Below are positions 24,301 to 37,900 of a stretch of 64,000 nucleotides of DNA, piece by piece (the first letter of the stretch is position 1; each line of letters starts with the position of its first letter). The translations under genes were made by a program, and so were the position numbers. Source of the stretch: Raillietiella orientalis (lineage: Eukaryota); NCBI GenBank assembly GCA_036172245.1, contig JAYWIR010000002.1:7068001-7132000 (forward strand), written 5' to 3'. The notes under the pieces were generated by a model. It searched no databases. It was given only the letters and a program-made list of their open reading frames with translations, and was not told the DNA's origin.

Positions 24301-27169
24301 TGGAATACATCTCACGCGGACGGCACCGAAGTTTCCCGGAAAGCGGAGCCTCGGGAAACGAACGGGATAGCCTACCCCTTCCTGCCCGATGGACCCGTCG
24401 CCTCTGTCTCTGGGGCGCTCCGCCCAGTGAGACCTCGTTTGCACCCCCACCAGGGTAGACGCCTCTCTCCAGGATGACTGAAGTTTCGCGTCGCATTTCC
24501 CGGGGGTGAGGATGAGGGAAAGAAGGAAGAATAACGTAAGCCCCCCCCCGCCCCCCTCCAATCCTCGCCGTCCCGAACGCGCTGTCCGCAGGGGCTTCGC
24601 GTTCTCCTCCACTCGGGAAATGCGACTCCACTGAGAGCACGGACCCACCGGGACAAAGCCACCTCGCGACGCCCCTCAGTCAGCCGCCCCTTCGAGATGA
24701 ACACGTGTCCCACGCGGGACCGTGCTCACTCGCCAGGAAGTTGGAGGAGTTTGAGTTTGCTTCGAGCGGGGACGGATACGGGACCGAGTCGCTGGGCGAC
24801 TCGGCTCACTGCGCCGCGCGCGCGCAGTAGGATCCACAACCACAGCCTTGTGACCGTGCAGGAGAGATCCCCCCTCCCCTTCCGCGGGCGACCGGAGCGG
24901 CGTGCGGTTCGGGTGAGGAGAGGGAAAGGGCAGGGTAGTCTCGTTCTCCTCAGCTCCCGAGGTATCCTGCCATTCCTTAGCGAGATGAGGAACTCCTGGC
25001 AGCTGACTCAGGGGGACCTTCTAGCGAACGCGCGCCTGCGTTGGCTACCGCGTCACGCGGAGCCTTCGCTCCTGCACGCGGGTAGTCCTCTCCGCCTGAA
25101 GCTTCCCGTGCCGTGCGCTGCGCCAACGGCCGATCCCCGAAGATACTTCGGACGGGCCGGAGACGGTCGCCTGCTCCGGGCGTGAGTCCCAGCACCTCTC
25201 GCGGGATCCTTCGCACGCGCGACAAATAGGGGTGGCGCTCTTCGTCGTCGCTCTCTGTCACGGTCAGGTTGGGAGGGTGGCAGGATGTTTCTTGGAAGAG
25301 TTTCTGGATTGGCTCTCTGGGCTCTGGGGAGTCTCCCTACGGAGGCGCCAGCATTTCATCATGTGTTGCTGTGCGTGGGAGCACTGGGGAGGAAGAGGAG
25401 GAGCGGGAAGGAGAAGCACCGCCAGTTCGCAGAGTTCACGCGGTTCGCGGCGAGGGTTTCGGGGGTCGAGGCGCTGGACACGTCTGGCTGGCGCGGGGTG
25501 GAGCTACGGGCCGAAGCAGCTATTCGGCCTTTCCCGGTGGCACACCCACCCCCGAAACCACCTCGTCACTGTCATCCCTCATCCTGCTTTAGGAAGGTGC
25601 TCTCACCGGAGCTTGCCGACATCGGTCTCCATCGACCCTGAGCCGCTGAGGCACCGTCGATGGACGATGGGCATAGCTTCGTCCTAGTGGCGACGACGAG
25701 AAGTGCTCCCCACTCCGTGCCGGCTTCCGCACCGCCCTGCCATGTCCCTCCCAGACTCGAAGGCATCGCGTTCTGGCTCCACAACGATGCCGTCGCGGCG
25801 TAAGGTGAGGTCCCCGCGCTACGCAGAGATGCAACACTGTGCTTGGACATTCTTCTCCTTTGCCTCCGATCTTCTGCCCTGCTCCGGACACCGATCGCAG
25901 CTGCGGGAGCATTACGCTTCAGAAGAACAGATGGTTGAGGAATCCACCGTCGCTGAAACCACAAGACCGGAAAGGAGAAACCGTTACGCAGAACCAGGAC
26001 TAACCAGCAGAATGTCCCACGATTCCTGACCGCTTCCTCGAGAGCTGCCAACCGCATGCCTGGGGGCATAAGAACGCTCCCGAGAAAGACGCAGATAGGT
26101 GATCGACACCGAAGCAGCCTTCATCCGATTCGGCAAGCGCTCCTACGAAACCAACGCCTTCGTAGATGTGTACTTACTTGGAAACTACAAGCGATTTTCG
26201 GTGCAGACGTTTTGTCATCACTGAAATCATTTCTGGCGCGGTGGCATCGCGAACAGTCCACTCTCTCTTGTGAGCGCTCTATTCTTACGGAGTGGAGGAA
26301 AACGTCACGTAAACTCCCAAAGCATTTATTGATTTTGTGATCACCTTGCGGCACACCACATCCCCTCGCCGCGTCCACCACCTTGGATGGCCCTTTCCTT
26401 GAACTCAAATGTAGCATGGTAATCAGATGCATGAACCCACACAAACGTGCCTGCCTCGTTTCTGGAAAAGCAAAATGTAACGCACGTTGATTCACACTTG
26501 AAAACATACTACATGCTTTTCGATGATATGGCAGTCGATGCCAAGCGCCATGAACCTTATTTTGTTTTCAAGTATGTTAAGAAGAAAAAAAAAAGCATTC
26601 GAAATCAGACTTAAGGAATGCCAGAAATGGTGGAAACGCCAGTATTCCGTTTGAATGGTGTTATATATATTCAAAAAGTAATATGACATCATCATAAAAA
26701 ACTAATTTATAACCATAATTGATGCATCTTTTGACGAAAATACAATTTACAAATCTTACGAATACATATATTAAATGCAAGCTCCGATCAAACAAAACCA
26801 TAGCTTTCTTTCAGTTCTTCTTCAATGGGCTATGATCCATTAAATACTAAAAAATACGGCTTAATCGAGAAAATATAGCTATCTGAATCTGAGAATTCAT
26901 AAGGGAAACTGTTTATAGATTGTTGTATGTACGTGGGGAATGGATATGGATACTTCCATTTTCAAAGTTTGTACTTCAAATGATGGTAATGGCAGCTGTT
27001 TGCATGCAAGAGAACAACCTGGTTTTCCACTTGATGGTAGCACAAGATTCAGAATCTGCATCTTGAACTTAAGTAGAGAACATGAAGCATCCTAAACTGC
27101 TTTCAAGGGCATGCATCAGCCATCAAAACATTACATGCTGCTAATAACGAAATTTCAGAGAGCCTAATG

Positions 27170-29652
27170 TCAGCTAAGCTGCAAGATTCCTTTCACATCA
27201 TCTGGAAGGGCAGCTTGGATACGTTGTAACTGGATTTTGAGCTGTGCAATAAACTGACTACTCAAGGCTGGATCTCCTTCCCCTGCTCTAGCTAAATACC
27301 CTCTTATGCGAAGAGCTAAGTCTATAATCTCGATTTCAGGATGGGCCTGCAGCCATTTGGATATATCCTGAAGAATGATTCAAAAATGTCTTTCTCTGGT
27401 GGTACTCACTGTTGTAGCCAGAAGCTCCAGATATACCTGATGCAATTTACAGGAATTGGCATCATAACGCTGTTGGAACCAGCTGTTAAAATTTGGAGAC
27501 CGGAAAAAGCGACGATACAATCCGGTCCAATCACCTCGTATTGGAGATGTTAAGTTGGGGCCAGATGTGTCCAAGGTGGCCAGAAATTCTTTAGGATCAA
27601 AGGGATGAATCTTTGGGGGAGACTGGAGCAACAGCACAGATATACTGACATGCACACTGAGCTCTACCTTAAAAGGTTCTATATCCCTACGCAAAGGCAA
27701 AAGAGTGGAGAGATAACGTTCCAGAGGAATCATGAAGCTCTGAGTCAGTTCCAGTAAATGGCGACGAAGAAGCACTGATTGGGCTTCTGGAGGTCTCCCT
27801 GAGCATACACCCTGAAGGACTTTTTTTAGGAACACTTTGTCCTTTTGTAGGCAGGGTCTGTAAGTCGTGTGCAGACCGGGTTTATTTTCAGGAACATGGA
27901 AGAGTTCCCTACGAGATATTCTGTACTTGGCTGATGGGATGGTCAATAGTCTTCTATGTGGCCCATCTGACCTGAAGGCTGCCTGGACCGCAACTGAATA
28001 AGAGTAGGCCAACTACCCAGGGACTTTGCAAAATAAGGATTGGTGACTCCAAGGATGATATGTGGAGGCTGAGGAGAGGCTAGCTCCTGGAGATCATTAT
28101 CATGGATTGTGAAGTAAGGTCGGTACTCACAACAATAAGGCAGAGGCCAAATAAGGCTACACACACAAAAATATACATATATATATACATACATTAGTAA
28201 ACTCCTTTAACATATAAAGCTAACCTGGTGAGTGCCTGAACAAAACTAGAACAATCACTAGGTAAAGATCCAACAACCAGCATGGGCTGCCCTGTTAGCA
28301 CGAGTTCCCAGAGAATATGGATGCTTGTTATGGAGCCTTGGAGGGAGGTGAAAAGGTCCTGTTCATGCAAGGAAGGAAGATTGACAGATGATTTCGAGCA
28401 TGGAGAGGAACTCATGGAAAACAAATCAAGTGTGTCTTCTTTATCAGATACATGGGAACAAATGATCTTTCCCAAACACGGTAAATGTAGGGGTTTCCCT
28501 GGCAGAGGAGAAGGCCATCGTTCCATTTCTTGGTAGAAAGCCTCCAAAGATAACAATCCACCTTCAAAATAAGCCAATGCTACAAGGCGCACGATATGTG
28601 TAAACAGGTTGTAAAAGGGATAATGGGTGAGCAGCACTACGGACTGATGAAAAGGATTTCGAGATCCATTTGCTATGGCATGTCAACTAACCTTCTGGAA
28701 GTAGCCTCTTTTATGGAACGAGTCCTTTTTTTGTCGAAAGAAGACAAATCCAACAAGAAAATTCGTGTCTATTTTTAGCCATGGAGAAGCAAGATTATTA
28801 TATGCAGCAATCCCTAAGTGAGTATCTCCACTAATGTGGCGAACACGGAAATGATATTGCATATCCCCAATACATCCTGAGTTGGAATCAGGGAATGCCA
28901 AATAGCAAACATTAGCTTGCTCTTTCTCAGATAACTTCTTTGTCGATGGAACTTGATGCTGCAACACATTATTAGGAAAAACATGTAGTGAAAATAAAAT
29001 CGTACACGATGCTTAAGATAAAATTGCTTAGGGGCACTGGAATGCTAAATACTTTAACTACATTCCTTCAATTCCATCAAAGTCTAACGCATAGGATTTT
29101 GCAATTGGCCATAAAATGTTCAATAGTTTTGATGGTACATTTCAATACTTCATTTTGAATTCACGTCAATGAATGCCTTATTGTAGGCCTTACTCTTTTA
29201 TTTGTACATAACTAGAAACATTTTGACATTAATGGTGCACACAATTAAATGTGACCAATATTCAGCAAAAATCTGACTGATATTTGATCCCTTTTTCAAC
29301 CAAAAAAGTTATAACTCCAGACTACAAACGCATGTTTGCAAATCATGAAACAATGAAAGTCTTTTAATTATTTCACGAAAGGAGCCATTTGCCATTTGTC
29401 GCTATGCTTTTGTCAAAAAAAACTACTACGCAGAATAAATCAAGTTAACATGGCAGAATTAGATCAATTCACGTCCCGCAAAAAATTGGATTTTTTGGAA
29501 AGCAATAGGCATATACTCACTTCCAAAACCTGTCCTATTTCTACGTCAAAACCAACTACACATATACTGTGTATCCATTCACAGGCTGTAACTGGCAACA
29601 AATCGAGGGTATTCGGAACGACTTTTTGCATGTCATCCTCACCTTCGATCAT
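27170..29652 (-). CDS. DENND6: DENN domain-containing protein 6 (FAM116; Rab GEF)
   Basis: Seven phase-consistent GT-AG exons: 29652-29521, 28958-28692, 28643-28225, 28156-27972, 27930-27668, 27622-27410 and 27367-27170. Diagnostic motifs include WIHSICVVGFDVEIGQ, VCYLAFPDSNSG, FFRQKKD...RGYFQKSVV, LWELVLTGQP, YRPYFTIHD, ILGVTNPYF, LRRHLLELTQSFMIPLERY and GDWTGLYRRFFRSPNF. Confidence 0.95.
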
Positions 29653-32600
29653 TGGGATAGAAAAAATCGTCAACAAGAAAGAAAAATGTTCGACTCTGAT
29701 TTTTCAGCGAGGGCCCATCCATAACTTGACTTTCACATTTTCCTCGCTTCCGCTCGGTTGCTCCCTCGCGAGCCACCCACCCACTCAGCTTGCCTCGCTC
29801 GTTTGAAGCAGCAAGATGCCCAGATCACACCTGCGCGCGGCAAAGACCGACCGTCGTTCCCTAATCACCAAAGTGCCTCCAAGTTTCACAAGAGTCGAAA
29901 TGATTCCTTCACACGATCATTCGCATCATGCACAGCTGCACAATTCGTAATAATACATATGTAGTTTTGTCAAAATGACGAACCTGATAGCTAAAAATTT
30001 CAATTCCAGAGTTTAGATGGATTCAAGGAGTCTGACTTCATCGCACACCCTATACAATGCCCTATACAACCCCACATCAGCAAAAGGGACCGAAATTAAC
30101 GTGATATCGGTAAAAACCTGATAACACCCCCGGTTTTGTGATGAGTCCTACTTTTCCATACTGTTGGTTGCCCCTTGAAAATTTTTCCCAGTTTAATCCA
30201 TGTTCTTGGTTTGTTCTGCTTTCTAATTAGTAAGTGGAATCACGTCCCTTAACCCTGGGTGGAAACGATAACCATCCATGTTCACGTGAGGACTCACATA
30301 TATGCAATCTGGGCCCAACTGCTGCTCATTGATGTACGAGTGACGTTCGTTCCAGGGACTTGGGAAAAGGAGTTTGTGGTATAGCAGAGTGATTATGATC
30401 AGATAAGCAAATAAACACTCGGTTATCAGGAATCTGAATCCATAAATGATTACATACTCAATTCTTTGTTAATTTCTCTTTCTAGTCTTACAAGAACAAT
30501 CGCAAATCAGTGTTAAAATTTACATGTATAAGTAAAGAGATTTCATCTCAATTTCTACTTTCATTTCCAAATACTTTTCTTTAGAATTCGAACACATACA
30601 CAATGTCCATACTTTAGATCATGATGAACATAAAAATCACTAAGGTGGTTTTCAAAATGGACATTCAGACATTTTTTTGAACACAATCAAAGTGCTTGAA
30701 AGTCCTAGTAACGATATCGTACTACTAATCCTGTTCCTAAGATTTCACCAGATATATCAGTCATCAATATCACCTTTTTCGCAAACATCGCATTAAAAAA
30801 AAAAGCCAAATCGGTCTGACTTTGGAAACCGAATGAATTTTATATGCAAATATTTATGTCACTTTGGACTGGGAAGCCATGGAGATTTTTCATTAACCCA
30901 AAACTTTTGAATCAGTCTTCTGAAATCTTTGAAACGTTTCCATAATGATATATGACCATGAGGCAAAATCCGTCAGATATCCTTAAAAATCCTTACTTAT
31001 CTATCGTAAGAAAATAAATTTTTTACCCCAAGTAGAACTGCAGATAATAGCACGCATTATATTTAGCAAAACTAAAACAGAAAGGCAAATAAGAAAAAAA
31101 ATATTCCATTTTCAGTTGCAGGAAATGTTGCAAACTGCTCTACACATCTGTAAACATATTCTTGCAAGTCTTCTGTGGGAAGGTGTCAGTTCAGGATGAA
31201 CCTGGTAGGATCTTCCAATAAATCTTTTGCTAAGTTTATTTAGCTCAAGGAAATCTCTATGGCTCTCCGTGTGGAATTTGACACTTACCACGTCTTATGA
31301 ACCATAAAGCAAATCGGTCTCCAGTGAGAAGAGTTAAAGAAGTATGTGATCTAATATAAAAAAAAACATCACACCTAGGAAGCTCTAGCACGATCAGTTA
31401 AGGTCGCCTAGGGAAATCATCACTTTGCTGGAAAAAACAAGGAAGCAAAAAGTAGCACGTTTCAAAATGCGTTCCGAATTTCTGGTATACCCTCAGATGT
31501 TGAGCGCATTACTCAATTTCAGTTAACGTAACAAAGATTTTATGTAGCAGCAACGCTTTTATTTATACATTTTTAGTATCCTGTTTTTATATAATGTGCG
31601 CTTGCAAGCATGATTTTCAATGCAAACATAACTATCTAAATGATCGGGCTACTTTCATTACAAAGAGATTTTTTTAATTCCGGTAATCACCTTAGTACAA
31701 ATGAGGGAAGTGTGAAATAATGAGCTCTTGAAATGATTTATACATTTAATGGCGTATATTCAATTTAGTTCTGCGCAATTTATGTAATTTTCATCTAGAA
31801 ATAAGTTGCCAAGAGAACAGAATGCTGTGGGTTTGGGTTTTGGAGCTTCCAGATTTGGGGGTTTCCTCAACATGCACCCAAAACATAGACTGCATCGAAT
31901 CTTGTTGGTGTGTGAGACATAGCAAGTGTCACGAGTCCACAGATAATCCCAACTCAATCCATCTAATTAGTTCACTATAATGAGATGTCATATATGAGTG
32001 AGGAGGGATTTATTTATAAACTTTCACTTCACTTCATCAGTATAGTCATCCGTGGTGTAAAGCATTCGTTTTACGAAAAAGCCCTCAGTTGCAAACAAGA
32101 AAAAATCATCTCTACCTGTTTGCCTAAGCAAATTTCATTTGTCGCCATTGCTTTTCCATTTCTTGTCGATAACAGACAAATGTAGCATGAAGACTAACAT
32201 ATACTCAGAAAGGACCGATTAAAGGTTCTTTAAACGACCATATTTGGTCAGTGGTGTTGTTGAGAAGAGATTTGGAAATAGTTGTACTTTTCTAGTGTGC
32301 TTGTACCCATTCAATGCAGAATAAACTGACTTCTTTATCCTTTCATGATATGGGTGCGTATCACCTCGTTTGAAAGGTTTCAATACTAGTGGTTTCATTT
32401 TGAACGATTATTTTTCATTGAGGTCCTATTAAGATATGCACATTTTCCAAGGAAAACTTAATTATCTTTATTTTGTTTATTTTAGTATTTTTATTTGTCA
32501 ATTTAAACTTATAATTCATATCCTTGATGCTTTCTGTTCAACTGTGCCTATTTGCATTACATTTACACTTAATTATCTATTATGCTGTCATTTTCGAATC

Positions 32601-33343
32601 AAATCTTTCATCTTATTCATTATCAGGAACAGGAGAAGTTCATGACCTTATTGTGGAAATTTTATTTAATTTGCATGCCTGCCAACTCTCATTTATGGAA
32701 GCTCTTCTTTTTTCGTGTCAAATCTTGTTTCCTTATTTAAAAAAATTGATCTAAATGTGAAACACATACAGTAGTAAGAAATTCAAATTTTAGTGTGAAT
32801 GTGAGAGTTCACTTATCCGAAGAAACAAGCAACCTAATCAAGTTTAGTTTTTGATGTTTTTTGCAAATACGAGTTTTAGACTAGCAATTTGTGCGTTAAC
32901 CCTGCTTTTGAATGCGGAACATGCGACTTCGCCTGTTGATGTAGGGGCCTTGAACGAAATGAGCTTTATGGTAGAAAATTGACGGTTCTCTAGTGTTCAT
33001 AAAAGCGTCTAAAAACTCACGTGTTCACATATTTTAAAATTTAAAGCACTGTTTAAAGTTTTGTTGGCTTGAGGGACGTATTCCTTAGCTATGGTGTCAG
33101 AATACTAAATCCATAAATTAATCAACTGTTCATACGAAAGTTGCGTCAAGTGTGTAATTGAATGCCACTACCCTTCAATGGAACGATAAAGATGCTTGAT
33201 CTCTTTCAATTTTGGTTTCCAGCACATTCTAAAGCTTAACTTGACTGATTCTTTGAAGTGGTTGTACTCGTTGCATATGCATGAATTAATAAAAATAGTT
33301 ATTTCTCAAAGTTTTCTTGTAATTTTCCACTTTTTAGTTGTAT

Positions 33344-34969
33344 ATGATGTTTGAGGAAAAGGATTTCAGCACCGAATATCTATTATGCCATGGTAAATAT
33401 TTAATTAAAGAAATAGAAAAATTGAATTATCCAGGGTCACAGAAATTGTTGAATGCAATTAAATCCGAAGTACAGTTTTTGCATAAGGTATCTTGGTTTC
33501 CACTCAAACTCATTTGATGTCATATTTTTAAAGTATAGGCAAATCAGAGTGATGTTAAAGAGGTGGCATGCTCAAATTTGTATCATCTCTCAACCGTATT
33601 TAATTACTTGAGTGATTTGAAGCACATAACAGAGATATTTGCAGTATTCATAACTCCGAAAGGTCTAAAAATTAAAGTCGATGTTGTTAGTAGTGATGGA
33701 ACAGAATGGAACAAAGTAATATGCCGCAATCCAAGAGCATTACATTTGGAATGCGCAGGTAAACCACAAGAATTATACTTTATCTTTTTATTTCAAACAA
33801 AATGCTTCATCCTGTCAATTTTGGATGTAATTCAACTAAAAGCTAATTAACTATATTTTGCATGGCCTAATTCGCACACTGCAATTGTGGGATTTATATA
33901 TTAAAAAAAAATGCTTTGTATCTAAATTTGTCTTTTATTGCAATAGGAAAGGCAGCATTTGGAAGGCGCACTCTTCTAGATCAGGCTGCCGACTTCCTCG
34001 AATGCAGTAAATCTCATCCTTGCTTATTTGTATTGCCCAGAGTAAGAAAAAAAAGTTTTCATTTGTAAATAATTTTTTTCATGATGCTCATATGACTACA
34101 TCTGGTTGTTTTCAAATTAGGTTGTTTTCCATTTTCCTGTTGGTGTGACAAAAAGTCTGGCAGAGCACCTACAAATGCTTGGAATACACATTATGGGGTG
34201 CCAGCTTGATGAATCCTCTCTCCAGCTTGAGAATCTTGATGAAAATATTGATGACGAAGCTCCTATACTTTATAATCCATGTTCCCCCTTTTCTTCTCGG
34301 GTATTGATTAAAAAGGACTTAAATCTGGATATCTGCTCCATGCTGGCCTATGTCAGTGCTCTGACAAATGGCTATGCCCATCTTACTTACAAGCATGCTG
34401 TTCTTGATCAACAAGCACAGCTGGAAAGGCAAACTCCCCTCAAACCACTGTTGGATGAATTGTTCCAAGGTATTGTTAGCTGAAAGTTAGTGTTCTTAGT
34501 AAAAAGTGTATTTTAGGACGCCAGTTATTTTGTTGCCAGACAGCTTATCAGGATTTCAAGTCAATTGTTTATGTAATTGGTGGAGAACAAGAGAGAAAAC
34601 GAGCAGACGCACTTTTGAAGAATGTCACAGTATTGCCAGATGCATATTCCCCAGCAGTCAGCTCATTAACACTCAAAGGAAATGTTAAAAAGCGTTCTCT
34701 GACTATTTTTGGTACTGGAGATTATTATCATTTAGTAACTGTGAGTGCCAATGGTAGCTTTGTGAGAGCTGCTGCTAGTCAGGTATGTTACTGCTGTTTT
34801 GGTCCTGATAACCATGTTTTAGAGAGTGCATTTTGCTGTTTTTTTGCATCAATCCAGAGCATTGGCTGAAGCAAAGCTGCCACCTGCAGTCCAGATGGAT
34901 TTTAATGAAGCTGGTATTTCTCAAGCACACCATAATTCTTGTAATAGCAATTATGAAGAAGATTTTTAA
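33344..34969 (+). CDS. C7orf25: UPF0415 protein, C7orf25 homolog (DUF1308 family)
   Basis: Six phase-consistent exons: 33344-33487, 33539-33758, 33947-34041, 34121-34469, 34517-34782 and 34823-34969. Motifs include CSNLYHL, VDVVSSDGTEWNKVI.RNPRAL, LNLDICSMLAYVSALTNG, IGGEQERKRA, IFGTGD, TVSANGSFVRAA and FLHQSRALAE. Confidence 0.93.
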
Positions 34970-37900
34970 GAAAAATGGTATTTGGCGTTGTATAGTTGTA
35001 TGCAGTTGCAGAGATATATAGCATTTTCGTTGGCTATTTTAATCAGAAGGTAATGTTAAATGTCTCAAGTTGTGCATTGTGGATAGCATAATGGTCTCTG
35101 TTAGGTTCTTGGAAAGGAATGATTTGGCAGGTTTGCAGTGTTTTTCTCGCACATCTTTTTTATAAAGTACAGTACACTAAACCTGTGCATCCACTATGTG
35201 ATACTGCCATGTGTGTCCTGGACTCTTATATTTGAAAGGATATTGTCAAAACATGATTAAGGGCGTTTATATTTATCAGCATCATGTCTGTCTGTGCTAT
35301 GCACGTATGCATTCTGGTACATAGCATGGTATTCTCATCATTGATGGTTGAATGCACACTTTGACATCATGCAGGTTTTATACTTTGTAGCACCGTCAAA
35401 GACTAGGCTTTAATTTCATACTAGGAGTCAGATTTGCAATTGCCTTCTGTGTGATTTTGGACTGCCAAAAACAGAGAAAACGTAAAAAGGAATTGACATC
35501 ATAGATGACAGTTCAGGTGACCAAATCCAACATTCTCGTAAAATGAATACAGAACTATCGTTGTTACTTGCATGTTCACAATGTAGATGAAGGCTTCTAG
35601 CATGCACAGCATGCATGATGTCTGCAGCAAGTTTATTAAAGCGTCGTTCTGTAAGCTGTTTTTATTAATGCGTCAAATACAAAGATTAGGTTTTCCGACC
35701 TCACCTGCTGGTGCTCGCGCGAAGTTCCCTTCCACCCCTGCATACTTTATTGCTTTGGATTTGTGGATGTTATAAAATGTGTCCTGGAAGCCTAATTTTG
35801 GGGTTGCACGTTTCTTATTGGATCGGTTTCTTTAATCTTGAGGAAACATGAGGAATCTTGGGAACAGTTTCATGAATGATGATAAAAGAACATATCCATT
35901 CCTTTTCTGCCCTCCAACCAGTACGGCTCTTTGTAATTTTCTAACATTCTCATCCTTCACTGGGGTTTAAAAACTACCATTGCGTAATCTTCGCCACGGT
36001 ATTCGCATGCAAAAGACGCCTTAACATTTGTGTGTTTAGATTGCAACATTTTTGTTTGGTTTCGACGAAATAGCTGGAATTTTTTACTGGGAAGCTGCAT
36101 ATTTGGGTTGGTTCGTTTTGACGATGCAAATCGCTGCACATGGGGGACTCGAGCAGCAAAAAAATGTGTGCGATTGAAAAGGAAGCTGTTATTCTGAAGA
36201 GTATTGATCGGGCCCATTTTATCTTGCTTTCTAACTGGACTGTTTTTATAATTTCTTTCACGATATCAGGTATTGGTTTTATTTTGAAGCTACAACATGT
36301 GTGCGGGCCCAGCCCATGCTTCAGGGTTGTTCCATCGATAATCAAAGGCATTTGTTGAATTCCGGGAAAGCACATTTGCACGCAATTAGGGAATGATATC
36401 TACTTGAGGATTTCTGGTTAACTTCAAGGGAAAAAAAAACTCCCGCAGGATTCACGTGAAGATAACCGAAATTCAGAATGTCCAATGCAATCAAAGGGAA
36501 GGAAGTCGAAATTTACCATTCAAAGAAACTGCAAAGTGGTTAACCGTTCTGACTGAAAGATGTATGAACCATCGACCATAGCAAATAAGTAAAAATCGGA
36601 GAGACGAAACGAATGTACTTGTATGTGTAAACGGTGGAATTTCTATAAAAAAAAAAAAAAACTTAGGCATATCAAAAGGCAAATTACCGCCGTAAAAAGG
36701 TGAATCAGTCCTTACAGATTATGTTGCAAAGTGAGAGAGGTGGGAGTCTTGACAAAATTTTCGTTATTCCTTGTCGGTTCTGTTTAGCAAGTGCCTGCAC
36801 ACCCAAATTAATTTGGGTGCCTCATGCCGCAGTCGGTGTCTATCTAGTCAGATAACTGTCAGTGGTCCTTCTAATATGCCCTTTTACAACATAAGTCGTT
36901 TCGAGGAAACCGCGGATTACCGACAGCTCTCGCACTTCTGCCTCACCCAGAGGTTCGATTGCAGTGAGAAGAATTCCACCACATATGGTCGCAACAACAT
37001 TCGTCCCTTTCCCATGTTCTCAAGGTTTTTCCACCACAGCTGCTTTCCACTGCCAAGATTTCCATAAATGTTTTTTTCTTTTCCTCCATTTCTCTCGACA
37101 GTCTTTGAGGATCCCTTTTACGGCACTCTGTGGCTGTTACGGAATTGATGAATAGCAATAGGAAGAGTTGCACAGGAGAGAACTTTCAGGTGCAAAGCAT
37201 GAAAGATGAAAAGTAACGTATTCTGCTCATTCGGGGCAGCATGGAGTAAATTCACAAACATTGTGACATCCCTGCAAAGTTTCTCCATGCTGGCGTGAAC
37301 ACGTGTTCCATGCTGCAAGTATGGACAGGAGAGAGTGGTATGAGAATCACCAGTGTCGAAAGTTTCAACAGTTTTTTTTTTTTTTTAAAAAAAAAAAAAG
37401 CAGCGAATTTTTATGGAAATTTCGTGATTTCACTTCGTTGAAGATTGGCGTGGCAAACATTTTGGAAAGAAAAAAAAGAAAGAAAAACGGTTTCTTAATG
37501 ACAGTGGAAGTCGCAGTTGCAAAAGAAAGAAAGACGGAAATTGGATTGTTTGAACAAAAGCATATTTTCTTGAGGAACTGCCAACTCTGGAAGGTTTTCA
37601 ACTCCATTTGCGTGGCCACTCGCGTCCTGAATCGGAATGTTCCTGTTTTCCATGCTCAGGAAAACAATTCGTGCTTGTGAATACCATCTCCCGAAGGAAA
37701 AGCCTCGACATCTCTATAGAAATATGGAATGGGATTACATTATGTGATTCAACATGTTTGTAAAATGGAGGGAAGCTCGAGATGTCTTTGTAGATAAAAT
37801 GACAGTTTCGAGCAACGTCCACTGCAAAGAAAGACAGAGAAACGTGTTGAACCGCTTTCAGCTCTTTTGCATGGTTGAGTTTGCGTTTGAACTTTTACCG

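Noticed and set aside
383..24345. STAT (TTCnnnGAA) and CRE (TGACGTCA at 16235 and 20127) sites around KLF
   Set aside because: The counts look compatible with chance for this length and composition.
25232..26029. Possible plus-strand spliced gene (signal-peptide-like VALFVVALCHGQ and a donor near 25805)
   Set aside because: I could not assemble a phase-consistent model or recognise any homology.
27930..28012. Apparent frameshifts in the DENND6 and PIGN ORF tracks suggesting pseudogenes or recoding
   Set aside because: All are resolved by short GT-AG introns that restore the frame.
30977..31026. Plus-strand AT-AC U12 intron candidate (ATATCCTT...AC, 50 nt)
   Set aside because: There is no U12 branch site near the AC and the flanks encode nothing recognisable. 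The same interval is better explained as a minus-strand GT-AG intron.
31370..31425. Box C/D snoRNA (GTGATGA...CTGA, partial complement to 28S TTAAGGTAGCC)
   Set aside because: The guide has an internal mismatch, there is no terminal D box or stem, and it falls in a predicted exon.
33488..33538. C7orf25 intron 1 (GTATCTTGG) as U12-type
   Set aside because: It deviates from the consensus at +6 and +8 and lacks a U12 branch motif, so it is treated as U2-type.
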